Source of the DNA: Myxococcota bacterium
GTDB taxonomy: Bacteria > Myxococcota_A > UBA9160 > SZUA-336
Length of the DNA stretch: 64,000 bases
Direction: 5' to 3'
NCBI GenBank assembly: GCA_044450765.1
Contig: JBIOJK010000003.1
Location: 19,856-83,855, forward strand
Shown: positions 34,628-48,361 of the stretch, one piece after another
Numbering within the stretch: the stretch's first letter is position 1
Layout of the letters: every line of letters starts with the position of its first letter
Program-made: the position numbers and the translations under genes
Notes under the pieces: generated by a model
What the model saw: the letters and a program-made list of their open reading frames with translations, nothing else
Told to the model about the DNA's origin: nothing
The model's database searches: none

Positions 34628-35387
34628 CGCGGAAGGGCTCTGCCAGCATCGCGCCGAGCGAGCGGGGGTCGCCGGTCGCGCCGTCGGGCAGGCCGAGCGC
34701 GAAGTGATCGGCCGACGCGCTCGCGTGCGCGCTGCGGCCGAGTCGGTCCCAGAAGCTGAAGATCGTCCCGTAGTTCGAGTCGTGTTCGCTGCGCAACACC
34801 GAGTGGTGTCGGCGGTGCAGCGCCGGGGTGATCAGCGCGAGACCGACGGCGCGCTCCAGCCGCGCCGGCAGATCGAGGCTGCCGTGCTCGAGCGCGTTGG
34901 CAGCGCCAAACAGGGCCTCGAAGAGCACGACGCCGGCGATCGGCGCGCCCAGCAGCGCGATCGCAGTCAGTCGCACCGGGACCGACAGCAGGATCTCGCC
35001 CGCGTGAAAGCGCAGCGCCGTCGACACGTGAACCGCCGGGTCGGCATGGTGCACGCGGTGGAAGCGCCAGAGAACCGGAAGCGAGTGGTTCGCGCGGTGC
35101 CAGAGATACGAGACGAAGTCGAGCCCGAACACCGTCGCGGCCAGCGCGAGCGCGAAGGGCGCGCCGGCGGCGTGAAGGAGGCCGAACGCGTGTGCCTCCG
35201 CCCAGGCCGCCACTTGCCACTCCGCTCCGCGGAACGCGAGCGCGCGCAGAGTCAGCGCCACGAGCCACACGCCGAGGTTCACGGTCCAGGTCGGGCGGAG
35301 CGGCTCGTGCGGCGAGATTCGCTCGCACGCGAATCCCAGCGCGAGCGCCGCAGCCACCGAGGCCGAGACGGCGACGTCGGGCGACAC
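34617..35387 (-). CDS. Fatty acid hydroxylase / sterol desaturase-family membrane protein
   Basis: 256 aa. Three His boxes: HRANH, HRVHH, HRRHH. Four hydrophobic segments. Confidence 0.85.
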   Translation of the reverse strand: MSPDVAVSASVAAALALGFACERISPHEPLRPTWTVNLGVWLVALTLRALAFRGAEWQVAAWAEAHAFGLLHAAGAPFALALAATVFGLDFVSYLWHRANHSLPVLWRFHRVHHADPAVHVSTALRFHAGEILLSVPVRLTAIALLGAPIAGVVLFEALFGAANALEHGSLDLPARLERAVGLALITPALHRRHHSVLRSEHDSNYGTIFSFWDRLGRSAHASASADHFALGLPDGATGDPRSLGAMLAEPFRARR

Positions 35388-35396
35388 CCGCGCGGT

Positions 35397-35939
35397 TCAG
35401 ACCGGCTCGAGCGGGCGGTGCGGCTCGCTCGGCAGCTCGATCCCGATCGGGTCGCCCACGCGCACCTCGCCCGCGGAAATCACGATGCCCATCACGCCGG
35501 CCTTGCGAACCAGCGCGCCCGCAGTATCTCGCGCCAGGGTCGCGACCATCAGGCCGGGCGAGATGCCGTCGAGCTGCCCGCACGGATTGCGCAGGCCGGT
35601 CACTTCGACCACCGCGCTCGAGCCCAGGTGCAGCCGCGCACCGGTCGGCAGCGCGAGCAGATACACACCCCGCGTGGGCACGTTCTCGCCCATCTGCCCC
35701 GGCTCGAGCGCGAAGCCGAGCGCGCGCAGCTCGTCGTGCAGCTCGCCGTGGATCAAGTGCACCTGGCGCAGGTTCGCCTGATTCGGGTCGCGCGCCACGC
35801 GCGAGCGAGGCTTCACCGTGACGCCGAGGTGCGCGTCGCCCTCTACGCCGAGCCCCGCGAGCAGGCGCAGCCCGTCGCGCTTCCCCTTCGCCATGCTGTG
35901 ACTCGCGCTGCTGGCGAGCGCCGAGACGATCGCGGCCAT
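35397..35939 (-). CDS. MOSC domain-containing protein
   Basis: VEVTGLRNPCGQLDG (conserved Cys), GENVPTRGV, GDPIGIELP. ATG at 35939; the track TTG start at 35975 is less likely. Confidence 0.8.
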   Translation of the reverse strand: MAAIVSALASSASHSMAKGKRDGLRLLAGLGVEGDAHLGVTVKPRSRVARDPNQANLRQVHLIHGELHDELRALGFALEPGQMGENVPTRGVYLLALPTGARLHLGSSAVVEVTGLRNPCGQLDGISPGLMVATLARDTAGALVRKAGVMGIVISAGEVRVGDPIGIELPSEPHRPLEPV

Positions 35940-35974
35940 CTGCGCAGGATACGGCGTTGTGCGAAGCTCCGGCA

Positions 35975-36235
35975 ATGGAGCGCCTCGGAACCGACACCCA
36001 CCACGCCGACGAGACCCTGGCCCGCTCGCTCGTCAAGACACTCAGCTATCGGGCGTCCGTCCTGGTCCTGGACTTCGGCACGATCTACCTGTTCACGCAC
36101 CGGCTCGAGGTCGCCGTCGGCTTCACGCTGCTGAGCAACGCGTACACGACGATCGCGTACCTGGTGCATGAGCGCGTCTGGGACCGGATCACGTGGGGCC
36201 GGCGGATCTTCGCGCGCGCCGGCGCGCGGGCTTAA
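35975..36235 (+). CDS. DUF2061-like small membrane protein
   Basis: SLVKTLSYRASVLVLDFGTIYLFTHRLEVAVGFTLLSNAYTTIAYLVHERVWDRITWG. ATG at 35975. Confidence 0.65.
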   Translation: MERLGTDTHHADETLARSLVKTLSYRASVLVLDFGTIYLFTHRLEVAVGFTLLSNAYTTIAYLVHERVWDRITWGRRIFARAGARA

Positions 36236-36250
36236 CCGCACGCGAGCGGC

Positions 36251-37087
36251 TCAGCCCCGCGCGGGACTCGACGATCTCGCCGCGCCGGCGCGGGCCGCCG
36301 CGCGGCACAGGCCGAGGCCGACCGCCGTGAGCAGCGCGGCTCCAGCGACCCAGATCGCCGGCGTGTGAGCTCCGCCCGCGTCGAAGCCGGCGAGGCCGAA
36401 GACCTGGTAATTCGCGCAGATCTGTACGGCGCCCCAGAGACTGCTCAGCGCCAGCACGGGCCACAGCGAGCCGGCGGACTGGCGCAGGATGCAGAGGATC
36501 AGCGCGTTCAGCAGCGCCGGAACGAGCGCCCACAGCCCGAGCGCCGTGACGGCGGGCAGAAAAGCGCTCGCGAAGCCGGAGAGCAGCGCGCTCAGGATCA
36601 CCCCGGGGATGACACCGATCCGTGTCGTCGCGATCGGCTGCAGCACGCCTCGGAAGAACACGTCGTAGACGAGCGGGAAGACGCCGATCTGCACGAGCGC
36701 GAGCGCAGCTCCGAAGTACGGCGGCACCTCCGGAAGCTGCGCCGGCATCAGCGGCGGCGGCAGCAAGCTCTTCACCACGTTGTCGATCTCGCTCGTGACG
36801 ACCACCGAGGCCGCGAGAAAGAGAACCGCGAGCCACGCGCTCGCGGGCGCGGTCACGAACGCGAGCTGGCGGGACGGCGGCAGGCGGAAGCGCGATGCGC
36901 ACAGCGCGAAGAGGCCGCCGTAAGTCACGAGCGCGCCCATGCCCATCGCCGAGATGATCAGCCGCATGCCGATCTGGCCCAGCAGGATCACCCACAGCAA
37001 GTGACCGAGCGGCGCGAGCAGCGCGAGCACGAAGACGAACTCGAGTGACAGCGGCGGACGCGGCTCGGGATCCTGCTCGGGAATCAT
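36251..37087 (-). CDS. CPBP/Abi-like polytopic membrane protein with degenerate catalytic motifs
   Basis: ATG at 37087 overlaps the uvrA stop (ATGA). About 8 hydrophobic segments. SEIDNVVK and [11 protein letters not shown] resemble CPBP motifs EExxxR/FRG, but the Glu/His residues are not conserved. Confidence 0.65.
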   Translation of the reverse strand: MIPEQDPEPRPPLSLEFVFVLALLAPLGHLLWVILLGQIGMRLIISAMGMGALVTYGGLFALCASRFRLPPSRQLAFVTAPASAWLAVLFLAASVVVTSEIDNVVKSLLPPPLMPAQLPEVPPYFGAALALVQIGVFPLVYDVFFRGVLQPIATTRIGVIPGVILSALLSGFASAFLPAVTALGLWALVPALLNALILCILRQSAGSLWPVLALSSLWGAVQICANYQVFGLAGFDAGGAHTPAIWVAGAALLTAVGLGLCRAAARAGAARSSSPARG

Positions 37088-39915
37088 GACGCGAACAGAA
37101 TCGGCCGCAGCGACTGTCCGGTGTAGGACAGCGGGTTGTTGGCGACCTCTTCGGGCGTGCCCGTGGCGACGATCTCGCCGCCCTTGTCGCCGCCCTCGGG
37201 ACCCAGGTCGATCAGGTAGTCGGCGGTCTTGATCACGTCGAGGTTGTGCTCGATCACGACCACCGTGTTGCCGCGCTCGACCAGCTTCCTCAGCACGTCG
37301 AGCAGCTTCTCGACGTCGGCGAAGTGCAGCCCGGTCGTCGGCTCGTCGAGGATGTACATCGTGCGCCCGGTTGCGCGCTTCGAGAGCTCCTTGGCGAGCT
37401 TGATGCGCTGCGCCTCGCCGCCCGAAAGCGTGGTCGCCTGCTGGCCCAGGTGCACGTAGCCGAGGCCGACCTCGGCGAGGGTCTGCAGGCCGGGGCGAAC
37501 CGTCGGGATGTGCTCGAGGAACTCGAGCGCCTCGTCGACCGTCATCTCGAGCACGTCGGCGATCGACTTGCCCTTGTACTTCACCTCGAGCGTCTGCGGG
37601 TTGTAGCGCTTGCCCTGACACTCTTCGCAGGTCACATAGACGTCGGGCAGGAAGTGCATCTCGATGCGCAGGATGCCGTCGCCCTGGCAGGCCTCGCAGC
37701 GCCCGCCCTTCACGTTGAACGAGAAGCGCCCGGGCTGATAGCCGCGCTGGCGTGACTCGGGCAGCTGCGTGAACAGCTCGCGGATTCCCGTGAAGATGCC
37801 GGTGTAAGTCGCCGGATTCGACCGCGACGTGCGGCCGATCGGGTCCTGCGACACGTCGATCACCTTGTCCAGGTGCGGCAGCCCGTCGACCCGCTTGTGT
37901 CTGCCGGCCTTCTCCTTCGCGTCGAAGAGCTTGTGCGCCAGCGCGCGGTACAGCGTGTCGTTCACCAGAGTCGACTTGCCGCTGCCCGACACACCGGTCA
38001 CGACGGTGAGCACGCCGAGCGGGAAGCGCACCGTGACGTCGCGCAAGTTGTTCGCGGACGCGCCCACGATGGTCACGAACTTGTCCGAGCCCGGGCGGCG
38101 CAGCTTCGGCACCGCGATCGAGCGCTTGCCCGACAGGAACTGGCCGGTGAGCGAGCGCGGCTCCTTCTCGATGTCGCTCGGCGCGCCCTCCGCGACGACT
38201 TCGCCGCCGTGGCGCCCGGCGCCGGGACCCAGGTCGATCACCCAATCGGACGCGCGAATCGTCTCCTCGTCGTGCTCGACCACGATCACGGTATTGCCCG
38301 TGTCTCGCAGCGAGATCAGGGTGCGCAGCAGCCGGCTGTTGTCCCGCGCGTGCAGACCGATCGACGGCTCGTCCAGGATGTACAGGACCCCGGCGAGCGC
38401 CGAGCCCACCTGGGTCGCCAGCCGGATGCGCTGGCTCTCGCCGCCCGACAGCGTCGCGGCCGTGCGCTCGAGGGTCAGATACTCGAGCCCGACGTTGCAC
38501 AGGAACGTGAGGCGCTCGCGGATCTCGCGCATCAGCCGCTCGGCGATCGCGAGCTCCTGCTTACCGAGCTTCAGCTTCTCGAAGTGCTCCACGGCCTGCG
38601 CGACCGAAAGCTTGCCGACGGCCGGCAGACTGACTCCCGCGACCAGCACCGAGCGGGCTTCCGGGCGCAGCCGCGCGCCCTGGCACGCCTCGCACGCGCT
38701 GTTGCTCATGTACTCGCGCAGGCCCTCGCGCACGAGATCGCTCTCGCTCTCGCGGTAGCGCTTGTCGAGCAGGCCGATCACGCCCGACCACTGGCGGTCG
38801 AAGCTCCACTTGCGGCTGCGGCCGAAGCGGAAGGTCACTTTCTCGTCGGTGCCGGAGAGAATCTGCGCGCGCGCTTCGGGCGCGAGCTTCTTCCACGGCG
38901 TGTCGAGCGAGAAGCCGTAGTGCGCGGACAGCGAGCGCAGCATCGACGTGTAGTATCTCGTCGCGTGGCCGCGCCCCTTGAACGGCGCGATCGCGCCGTC
39001 CTCGAGCGACACGTTCGGGTCGGGCACGAGCAGCTCGGGATCGAAGAAGTCCTTGGTGCCGAGCCCGTCGCAGCCCGGGCACGCGCCCTGCGGGCTGTTG
39101 AACGAGAACAGCCGCGGATTGATCTCCGGGAAGCTCGAGCCGCAGTCCATGCACGCCGCGAGCTCGGAGAAGAGCACCTCCTCGCCGCCCGGTCCGATGT
39201 CGACCTTCGCGAAGCCCTGACTCGCCCGCAGCGCGGTCTCGAGCGAGTCGGCCAGGCGCTGAGTCACATCGCTGCGGATCACGAGGCGATCGACGACCAG
39301 GTCGATGTCGTGCCGCTTCTTGCGGTCGAGCTCGGGCGCTTCGTCGAGCTGATGGTCCTTCCCGTCGATGCGCACGCGCACGAAGCCCTGGCGCTGGAAC
39401 TCGCGCAGCTCCTTCCGGTATTCGCCCTTGCGCCCGCGAACCACCGGAGACAGCACCTGGATGCGGGTACCGTCGGGCAGCGACTGCACGCGCTCGCACA
39501 TCTGCTTCACGGTCTGCGCCTGGATCGGCTTGCCGCAGTTCACGCAGTGGGGCACGCCGACGCGCGCGTAGAGCAGGCGCAGATAGTCGTAGATCTCGGT
39601 GACGGTTCCGACGGTGGAACGCGGGTTCCGGCTGGTGGTCTTCTGCTCGATCGAGATCGCCGGCGAGAGCCCCTCGATCGAGTCGACCTCCGGCTTCTTC
39701 ATCTGGTCGAGGAACTGACGCGCGTAGGCGGAGAGACTCTCGACGTAGCGGCGCTGCCCCTCGGCGTAGAGCGTGTCGAAGGCGAGCGACGACTTGCCGG
39801 AGCCCGACAGCCCCGTGAAGCAGACCAGCTTGTTGCGCGGGATGCGCACGTCGATCGACTTCAGGTTGTGCTCGGCCGCACCCCGAACCACGATCTCGTT
39901 GGGTTCCGTGCTCAC
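37084..39915 (-). CDS. uvrA: Excinuclease ABC subunit UvrA
   Basis: 943 aa. Two ABC modules ([14 protein letters not shown]; [14 protein letters not shown]), CxxC zinc modules, [12 protein letters not shown]. Confidence 0.97.
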   Translation of the reverse strand: MSTEPNEIVVRGAAEHNLKSIDVRIPRNKLVCFTGLSGSGKSSLAFDTLYAEGQRRYVESLSAYARQFLDQMKKPEVDSIEGLSPAISIEQKTTSRNPRSTVGTVTEIYDYLRLLYARVGVPHCVNCGKPIQAQTVKQMCERVQSLPDGTRIQVLSPVVRGRKGEYRKELREFQRQGFVRVRIDGKDHQLDEAPELDRKKRHDIDLVVDRLVIRSDVTQRLADSLETALRASQGFAKVDIGPGGEEVLFSELAACMDCGSSFPEINPRLFSFNSPQGACPGCDGLGTKDFFDPELLVPDPNVSLEDGAIAPFKGRGHATRYYTSMLRSLSAHYGFSLDTPWKKLAPEARAQILSGTDEKVTFRFGRSRKWSFDRQWSGVIGLLDKRYRESESDLVREGLREYMSNSACEACQGARLRPEARSVLVAGVSLPAVGKLSVAQAVEHFEKLKLGKQELAIAERLMREIRERLTFLCNVGLEYLTLERTAATLSGGESQRIRLATQVGSALAGVLYILDEPSIGLHARDNSRLLRTLISLRDTGNTVIVVEHDEETIRASDWVIDLGPGAGRHGGEVVAEGAPSDIEKEPRSLTGQFLSGKRSIAVPKLRRPGSDKFVTIVGASANNLRDVTVRFPLGVLTVVTGVSGSGKSTLVNDTLYRALAHKLFDAKEKAGRHKRVDGLPHLDKVIDVSQDPIGRTSRSNPATYTGIFTGIRELFTQLPESRQRGYQPGRFSFNVKGGRCEACQGDGILRIEMHFLPDVYVTCEECQGKRYNPQTLEVKYKGKSIADVLEMTVDEALEFLEHIPTVRPGLQTLAEVGLGYVHLGQQATTLSGGEAQRIKLAKELSKRATGRTMYILDEPTTGLHFADVEKLLDVLRKLVERGNTVVVIEHNLDVIKTADYLIDLGPEGGDKGGEIVATGTPEEVANNPLSYTGQSLRPILFAS

Positions 39916-40874
39916 TCTCTCTTGCCCCCCCGCTCGTTCCGCGAAAGCTCGACCGCCAATCTTACCGCCTCGATCATCGAGCTTGCGTCCGCCTTGCCCT
40001 GGCCCGCGATGTCGAACGCGGTTCCGTGATCGACGCTGGTGCGCACGAGCGGCAGGCCGAGGGTCACGTTCACGGCCTGCCCGAACGCGTGCGTCTTGAG
40101 AGGCGCGAGACCCTGGTCGTGATACATCGCGAGCACGGCGTCGAACTCGCCCGCCAGCGCGCGGTGGAACAGGCTGTCGCCCGCGAACGGACCGCGGGCG
40201 TCGATTCCGCGCGCGCGCCCGTCCGCCACGGCGGGCGCGATGGCGCGCGCCTCCTCGTCGCCGAAGCGGCCGCCTTCGCCGGCGTGCGGATTCAGCCCGC
40301 AGACGCCGATCCGCGGCGAGCGCAGGCCGAAGCGCGCAGCGAGGTCGCGCTGCATGACTTCCAGCACCTCGAGCAGCCCGGCCCGAGTGATTCGCTCCGG
40401 CACCTCGCGCAGCGCGCAGTGAATCGTCGCGAGCGCAACGCGCAGACCGCGCCCGACGAGCAGCATGACCGCGCGCCCGCTCCCCGCGATCTCTTCCAGC
40501 AGCTCGGTGTGGCCCGGATAGCTGAAGCCGCCGGCGCCGATGATCTCTTTCGACAAGGGCGCGGTCGCCATCGCGTCGAGCTCGCCCGCGAGGCAGTCGC
40601 GCGCGGCTGCCTTCACGGCGTCGACGATCCCGCGCGCCGCGGCCGCCAGCGGCCGGCCGGGCTCGACGCGCGCGCTCGCGAAGGCACGCGCAGTCGCCTG
40701 CGCGAGCGAGCCGCCTGCGCGAGTCACCGCCTCGACGTCGCCGTAGACGCGGAGCTCCACGGCCTCGGCCGCGAAAGCGCGCAGCGCGGCCGCGACCACC
40801 TCGGGCCCGATCCCTGCGGGATCGCCGACGGTGATGCCGATGCGCGGGCGGGGGGTGCGGGGGCGTTCGCTCAA
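39912..40874 (-). CDS. pdxA: 4-hydroxythreonine-4-phosphate dehydrogenase PdxA
   Basis: [43 protein letters not shown] at 40874 overlaps the upstream stop (TTGA). The track start at 40931 overlaps the upstream gene. Confidence 0.9.
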   Translation of the reverse strand: MSERPRTPRPRIGITVGDPAGIGPEVVAAALRAFAAEAVELRVYGDVEAVTRAGGSLAQATARAFASARVEPGRPLAAAARGIVDAVKAAARDCLAGELDAMATAPLSKEIIGAGGFSYPGHTELLEEIAGSGRAVMLLVGRGLRVALATIHCALREVPERITRAGLLEVLEVMQRDLAARFGLRSPRIGVCGLNPHAGEGGRFGDEEARAIAPAVADGRARGIDARGPFAGDSLFHRALAGEFDAVLAMYHDQGLAPLKTHAFGQAVNVTLGLPLVRTSVDHGTAFDIAGQGKADASSMIEAVRLAVELSRNERGGKRE

Positions 40875-41836
40875 CGAAGCTCCGGTGCGACCACCTCGAT
40901 ATAGCGGGCCTTTCGCACGTCGGCGATCCACTTCTCGAACGCCGGCATGGTCTGCTGCTCCATCAGCTCGGCGCGCAGCCGGTCGGCGACCTTCTCGTAC
41001 GGCACGTCAGCGGGGTCGAAGCTGTCGAGGTACTGAAACAGATTCTCGCCGTGCGCGGTCTCGATCACCCCGCTGATCTCGCCCGGCTTCAAGCCGGAGA
41101 TCGCGTTCTTGATGTCGGGAGGCGCGTCCTGCTCGCGGAACACGGTCAGCCCGCCTTGCGCCGCGGTCGGCGCCGCGGAGTACTTGCGCGCGAGCGCCGC
41201 GAAGTCGCCGCTCTCGCGCGCCTTCGCCCGGAGCTGCTCCGTCAGCTCCTTCGCCTCGGCGCGCTTCGCCGCCGGCGCGTCCGGCGCCACCGGAATCAGG
41301 ATGTGCAGGACGCGGATTCGCAATCCCGGCTTTGCGTTGCCGTAGCGCTCGTCGTAGAGCTTCCGCACGTCTTCCTCGCTGACGTGCACTTTCCCCTGGA
41401 CCGCGCCCTGGACGATCTTCATGCGTGTGACCTGGCGGCCCAGCTGCTCGCGGTAGGTCTTGCGGTCGAGACCTTGCTTCAGGGCCGCCGCGTAGATGTC
41501 GTCGACCTTGACCCCGGAGTCCTGCGCGATGTTCGCCACGGACTCGTCGATCTCCTCCTCGCTCGCGGTCAGGTTCTGCTTCTTCGCGAGCTGCAGGACG
41601 ATCTTCTCGTCGATCAGCGTCTGCAGCGCGGTGTTCCGCAGCTCGAGCGCCTCTTCCTGACTCAGTGACTCGCCCCGCTCGCGCACGCGGTTGACGTAGC
41701 CGTGCCAGGCTTCGCGCACCTCGGACAGCAGAATCACCTCGTCGCCGACGATCGCCGCGACCCCGTCCACGACCTCGGCGCGCGCCGCCGGCGCCCAGGC
41801 CAAGCCGGCCAGCAGCAGGGCGATCGCTCTCTTCAT
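40871..41836 (-). CDS. SurA-like periplasmic chaperone / parvulin peptidyl-prolyl isomerase
   Basis: ATG at 41836 ([20 protein letters not shown] signal peptide). SurA-N-like [18 protein letters not shown]. Parvulin region IRVLHILI...GGLTVF...TAHGENLFQ. Confidence 0.8.
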   Translation of the reverse strand: MKRAIALLLAGLAWAPAARAEVVDGVAAIVGDEVILLSEVREAWHGYVNRVRERGESLSQEEALELRNTALQTLIDEKIVLQLAKKQNLTASEEEIDESVANIAQDSGVKVDDIYAAALKQGLDRKTYREQLGRQVTRMKIVQGAVQGKVHVSEEDVRKLYDERYGNAKPGLRIRVLHILIPVAPDAPAAKRAEAKELTEQLRAKARESGDFAALARKYSAAPTAAQGGLTVFREQDAPPDIKNAISGLKPGEISGVIETAHGENLFQYLDSFDPADVPYEKVADRLRAELMEQQTMPAFEKWIADVRKARYIEVVAPELR

Positions 41837-42704
41837 CGCAGGCTCTCCAGCACGCGGTCGTTCACGCGGATCTCGGCGTTCTTGCGCAGGCCCCGCACCC
41901 ACTCGCGCCGCAGGTCCTCGAGCGTCTGCTCCCCGAGCACGAGGGCGATCTTCTCGCGCACCTCGTCGAAGGTCGCATCGTGCGCCGGCAGTCTGCTCTC
42001 GACGCGAAACAGATGAAAGCCGTAGGGAGACTCGATCACCGGCGACAGGACGCCCACTTCGAGCTCGAACGCGCGGTCGAACGCCTCGGGCATGTCGCCC
42101 TTCGCGAACGGCGGTAGCAAACCGCCGTCCGAGGCCTCGGGACCGATGCTGTTCGCGCGCGCCAGCTCGGCGAAGTCGGCACCGGCCAGGAGCTGCGTGC
42201 GCAGCGCCTCGGCCTTGGGCCGCTCCGCGACGACGATCTGCCGGATCTGAACGCGCGCCGGAGTCGCGTACTCGGCTCGGTGCTCCTCGAAGTAGGCGCG
42301 CTGCGCGCTCTCGGGGGCGCGCGCCCGGGCACCCAGCTCGGCCAGCGCGGTGCGCTCCAGGATCATCTCGCGCCGGACCGACTCGCGATAGCGCGGGTCC
42401 GGATCCTTCCAGCTCTCGCCGTGCAGCTCGCGCAGGCGCGCGTCGACGTCTTCCATCGAGACGTCGACGCCTCGCTTCTTCGCGTAGTTCAACACGACCT
42501 GGTCCGACACGAGCCGCTGCAGGACGTCGGTCGCGACGTCCTCGCGCTTGGCGTCGGGATTGTCTTCCATGCGCTGGTCGACCTGGCGGCGCAGCTCCGC
42601 GGCGGGGACCTGAACGCCGTCGACCTCGGCAGCCCAGGCGTCGCTGTCCGAGCGCGAGCCACAGCCGGCGGCCAGCAATGCGATCAGCAGCGCGACGGCG
42701 CTCT

Positions 42705-42708
<4 letters not shown>
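41833..42708 (-). CDS. Parvulin-type peptidyl-prolyl isomerase lipoprotein (PrsA/SurA-like)
   Basis: ATG at 42708. Lipobox LLAAGCGS. VQIRQIVV...SDGGLLPPFAKGDMPEAFDRAF...SPYGFHLFRV. ATGA overlaps on both sides (mfd upstream, surA-like downstream). Confidence 0.8.
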
Positions 42709-46214
<3,506 letters not shown>

Positions 46215-46354
46215 AAGTCGCTCTCCGGCGATTAAATGCGGAAAGGCCCGCCCCCCGAGATGACCCCGGGGGGTGGACGCGTTGCGATTGGGGGACGGAG
46301 TATAGGGAATGTCGGGTCGCGGGCCGCCCCGAAGGCGAAGCCGCGGGCAGCGGC

Positions 46355-46360
46355 TATAAT
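46355..46360 (+). promoter_or_regulatory. Consensus -10 hexamer TATAAT upstream of rplC
   Basis: GGCTATAATGCG lies 28 nt upstream of the rplC ATG. No good -35 was seen. RBS GAAGGA at -12. Confidence 0.4.
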
Positions 46361-46387
46361 GCGCCCCCCCTCCGCGAAGGATCCGCC

Positions 46388-47026
46388 ATGAGCCTGGAAT
46401 TGATCGGCCGGAAGCTCGGCATGACCCAGATCTTCACCGACTCCGGCGACCGCGTGCCGGTCACCGTGATCGAGGCCGGCCCCTGCACCGTCGTGCAGAA
46501 GAAGTCGGACGAGACGGACGGTTACTGCGCGCTGCAGCTCGGCTTCGCGGAGAAGAAGGCCAAGCACACGCCCAAAGCCATGCAGGGTCACTTCGCCAAG
46601 GCCAAGACCACCGCGAAGCGCGTGCTGGTCGAGGTTGCGGTCGAGGCGAAGGAGCTCGCGAGCTACGAGGTCGGCCAGCAGGTCACCTGCGAGGGTTACA
46701 AGCCCGGCGAGTTCGTCGACGTCACCGGCACGACCAAGGGCCGCGGCTTCACGGGCGTCGTGAAGCGGCACGGCTTTCCGACGCGCAGTGACACGCACGG
46801 CAACCACGAGTCGTTCCGCCACGGCGGTGCGGTCTCGTCCGGCACGTTCCCGGGTCGCATCAAGAAGGGCCTGCGCATGGCGGGTCACTCGGGAAACGCG
46901 CGAGTGACCCAGCTGAATCTGCGGGTCGAGAAGGTCGAGCCGGAGCGGAACCTGATCTATGTGCGCGGCGCGGTGCCCGGGCGCGCCGACGGCTTCATCT
47001 GCATCCGGCCGACGGTGAAGGGCTAG
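46388..47026 (+). CDS. rplC: 50S ribosomal protein L3 (stand-alone, not in an S10 operon)
   Basis: ATG at 46388. MSLELIGRKLGMTQIFTDSGDRVPVTVIEAGPC...GYCALQLGF...FVDVTGTTKGRGFTGVVKRHGF...MAGHSGNARVTQLNLRVEKVEPERNLIYVRGAVPG. Confidence 0.9.
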   Translation: MSLELIGRKLGMTQIFTDSGDRVPVTVIEAGPCTVVQKKSDETDGYCALQLGFAEKKAKHTPKAMQGHFAKAKTTAKRVLVEVAVEAKELASYEVGQQVTCEGYKPGEFVDVTGTTKGRGFTGVVKRHGFPTRSDTHGNHESFRHGGAVSSGTFPGRIKKGLRMAGHSGNARVTQLNLRVEKVEPERNLIYVRGAVPGRADGFICIRPTVKG

Positions 47027-47628
47027 CGCCGACGGCGCGCTACGACCGCAAGGACGCCTTCTACCGGCGCGCCAAGGACGAGGGCCGCCGCTCGCGCGCG
47101 GCCTTCAAGCTCGAGGACCTGCTGCGCCGCGCGCCGTCGCTGGCCCGGAACGCGGCCGTCCTCGATCTCGGCTGCTGGCCCGGCGGGTGGCTCGAAGTCT
47201 TGGCGCAGCGCATCGGTCCCGAGGGCCGCATCGTCGGCGTCGATCTCCAGCCGACCGACCCCGTGGCCGCCGCGCAGGTCCGGATCCTGACGCTCGACAT
47301 GTGCGCGCCCGAGTCACTCGAGCCGATTCGCGCGGCGCTCGGCCGGCCGGCAGACGCCGTCCTGTGCGACGCGTCGCCCAAGCTCACCGGCGTGCGCGAC
47401 GTGGACCTCGCCGCGATCGACGAGATCTACGCTGCGGCCCTCTCGATCGCGCGCGCGCTGCTCCGTCCGCGCGGCTTCCTGATCGTGAAGGGCTTCCCCG
47501 GGCAAGAGAGCGATCTCTTCCGCAAGGAGCTGAAGCGCCACTTCGCCGACGTGCACGAGATCCGCCCCGAGGGCAAGCGCACCACGTCGAAGGAGTTCTA
47601 CTGGGTCGCTTGCCAGCGCCGCGGATGA
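47026..47628 (+). CDS. rlmE: 23S rRNA (uridine2552-2'-O)-methyltransferase RlmE/FtsJ; 5' boundary unresolved
   Basis: Own translation upstream of the track ORF (47200): YDRKDAFYRRAKDEGRRSRAAFKLEDLL...VLDLGCWPGGW (SAM motif), continuing into VLCDASPK...FLIVKGF. Homology starts at 47041. There is no ATG/GTG/TTG in frame before 47200. Confidence 0.8.
   Translation, partial: APTARYDRKDAFYRRAKDEGRRSRAAFKLEDLLRRAPSLARNAAVLDLGCWPGGWLEVLAQRIGPEGRIVGVDLQPTDPVAAAQVRILTLDMCAPESLEPIRAALGRPADAVLCDASPKLTGVRDVDLAAIDEIYAAALSIARALLRPRGFLIVKGFPGQESDLFRKELKRHFADVHEIRPEGKRTTSKEFYWVACQRRG
47310..47320. repeat. Exact 11-mer CGAGTCACTCG (iterated quasi-palindrome, copy in rlmE)
   Basis: Read directly. Codes Glu-Ser-Leu as GAG-TCA-CTC. 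Confidence 0.9.
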
Positions 47629-47631
47629 CTC

Positions 47632-48330
47632 CTAGAGCTTGAGCCACGCGAAGCCGCTGCGCAGCGCTTCGCGGCCGCCCTTCTCGAGGATCTCGCCGTG
47701 CGCGACGGTGACTCGCTCGAACTCCCAGGCGAGAATCCGGTCGAGCGACGCGCGCGCGCTTCGCCGGTCCTTCAGAACCGCGAAGCGGAAGATGCGCGAG
47801 GGGCCGAAGCGGCCGAAGGCGCCGTTCACGCGCATGAACAGCCGAGTCGGCGCGCTGGCCGACTCGCGCACGTTGAAGCACAGGTCGAGACACAGCAGCG
47901 TGCGGCTCGCCCGGTGCAGGAACACGACCTCGTTCAAGCTCGGAGCGCCGCGCACGAGCAGCTGATCCAGGTCGGCCGCCCAAAGGTCCGGCGCCCGATC
48001 GGCGAGCACCTCGTCCACGCGCACGTCGCCGAGCTTCTCGCGCAGGCCGGGCGCGCCGAAGACGCGCGCGTGCGGGTACGCGGCGATGTTCTCGCGCAGG
48101 AACATGTGATGCAGCAGATTCGGCGCGATCAGAGCGCGCACGGGCCCGAGTGAGTCGATCGCGCGGCGCACATCGTCGTCCAGCGGCCCCGGGGTGTGCA
48201 CGGCGACACCTCCGCCCGAGAGCCGGACCGCACAGCAGCGCGTCCCGAGCTCGAGGCCGCCCGGCAGGCGCAGCGGGTGGTCGATCGCGATCAGGTCGGG
48301 GTGCAGGCGGTGGACGTGGGTCACTGCCAC
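47632..48330 (-). CDS. DUF4336-like protein (metallo-beta-lactamase-like fold, unknown function)
   Basis: IAIDHPLRL...VAVHTPGPL...LIAPNLLHHMFL...RTLLCLDLCFN...VAHGEIL. GTG at 48330 (or 48324). The track start at 48486 overlaps the divergent gene. Confidence 0.6.
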   Translation of the reverse strand: MAVTHVHRLHPDLIAIDHPLRLPGGLELGTRCCAVRLSGGGVAVHTPGPLDDDVRRAIDSLGPVRALIAPNLLHHMFLRENIAAYPHARVFGAPGLREKLGDVRVDEVLADRAPDLWAADLDQLLVRGAPSLNEVVFLHRASRTLLCLDLCFNVRESASAPTRLFMRVNGAFGRFGPSRIFRFAVLKDRRSARASLDRILAWEFERVTVAHGEILEKGGREALRSGFAWLKL

Positions 48331-48361
48331 GGCTCTTGAAGCTAAGCGTAGAATCGGCGGC

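Noticed and set aside
37873-40029. 718-aa + strand ORF antisense to uvrA/pdxA
   Set aside because: Shadow ORF. UvrA ABC and zinc motifs are on the minus strand.
47024-47041. TAG read-through fusing rplC to rlmE
   Set aside because: The rlmE homology is in a different frame from rplC (offset by one nt), so simple stop-codon read-through cannot join them.
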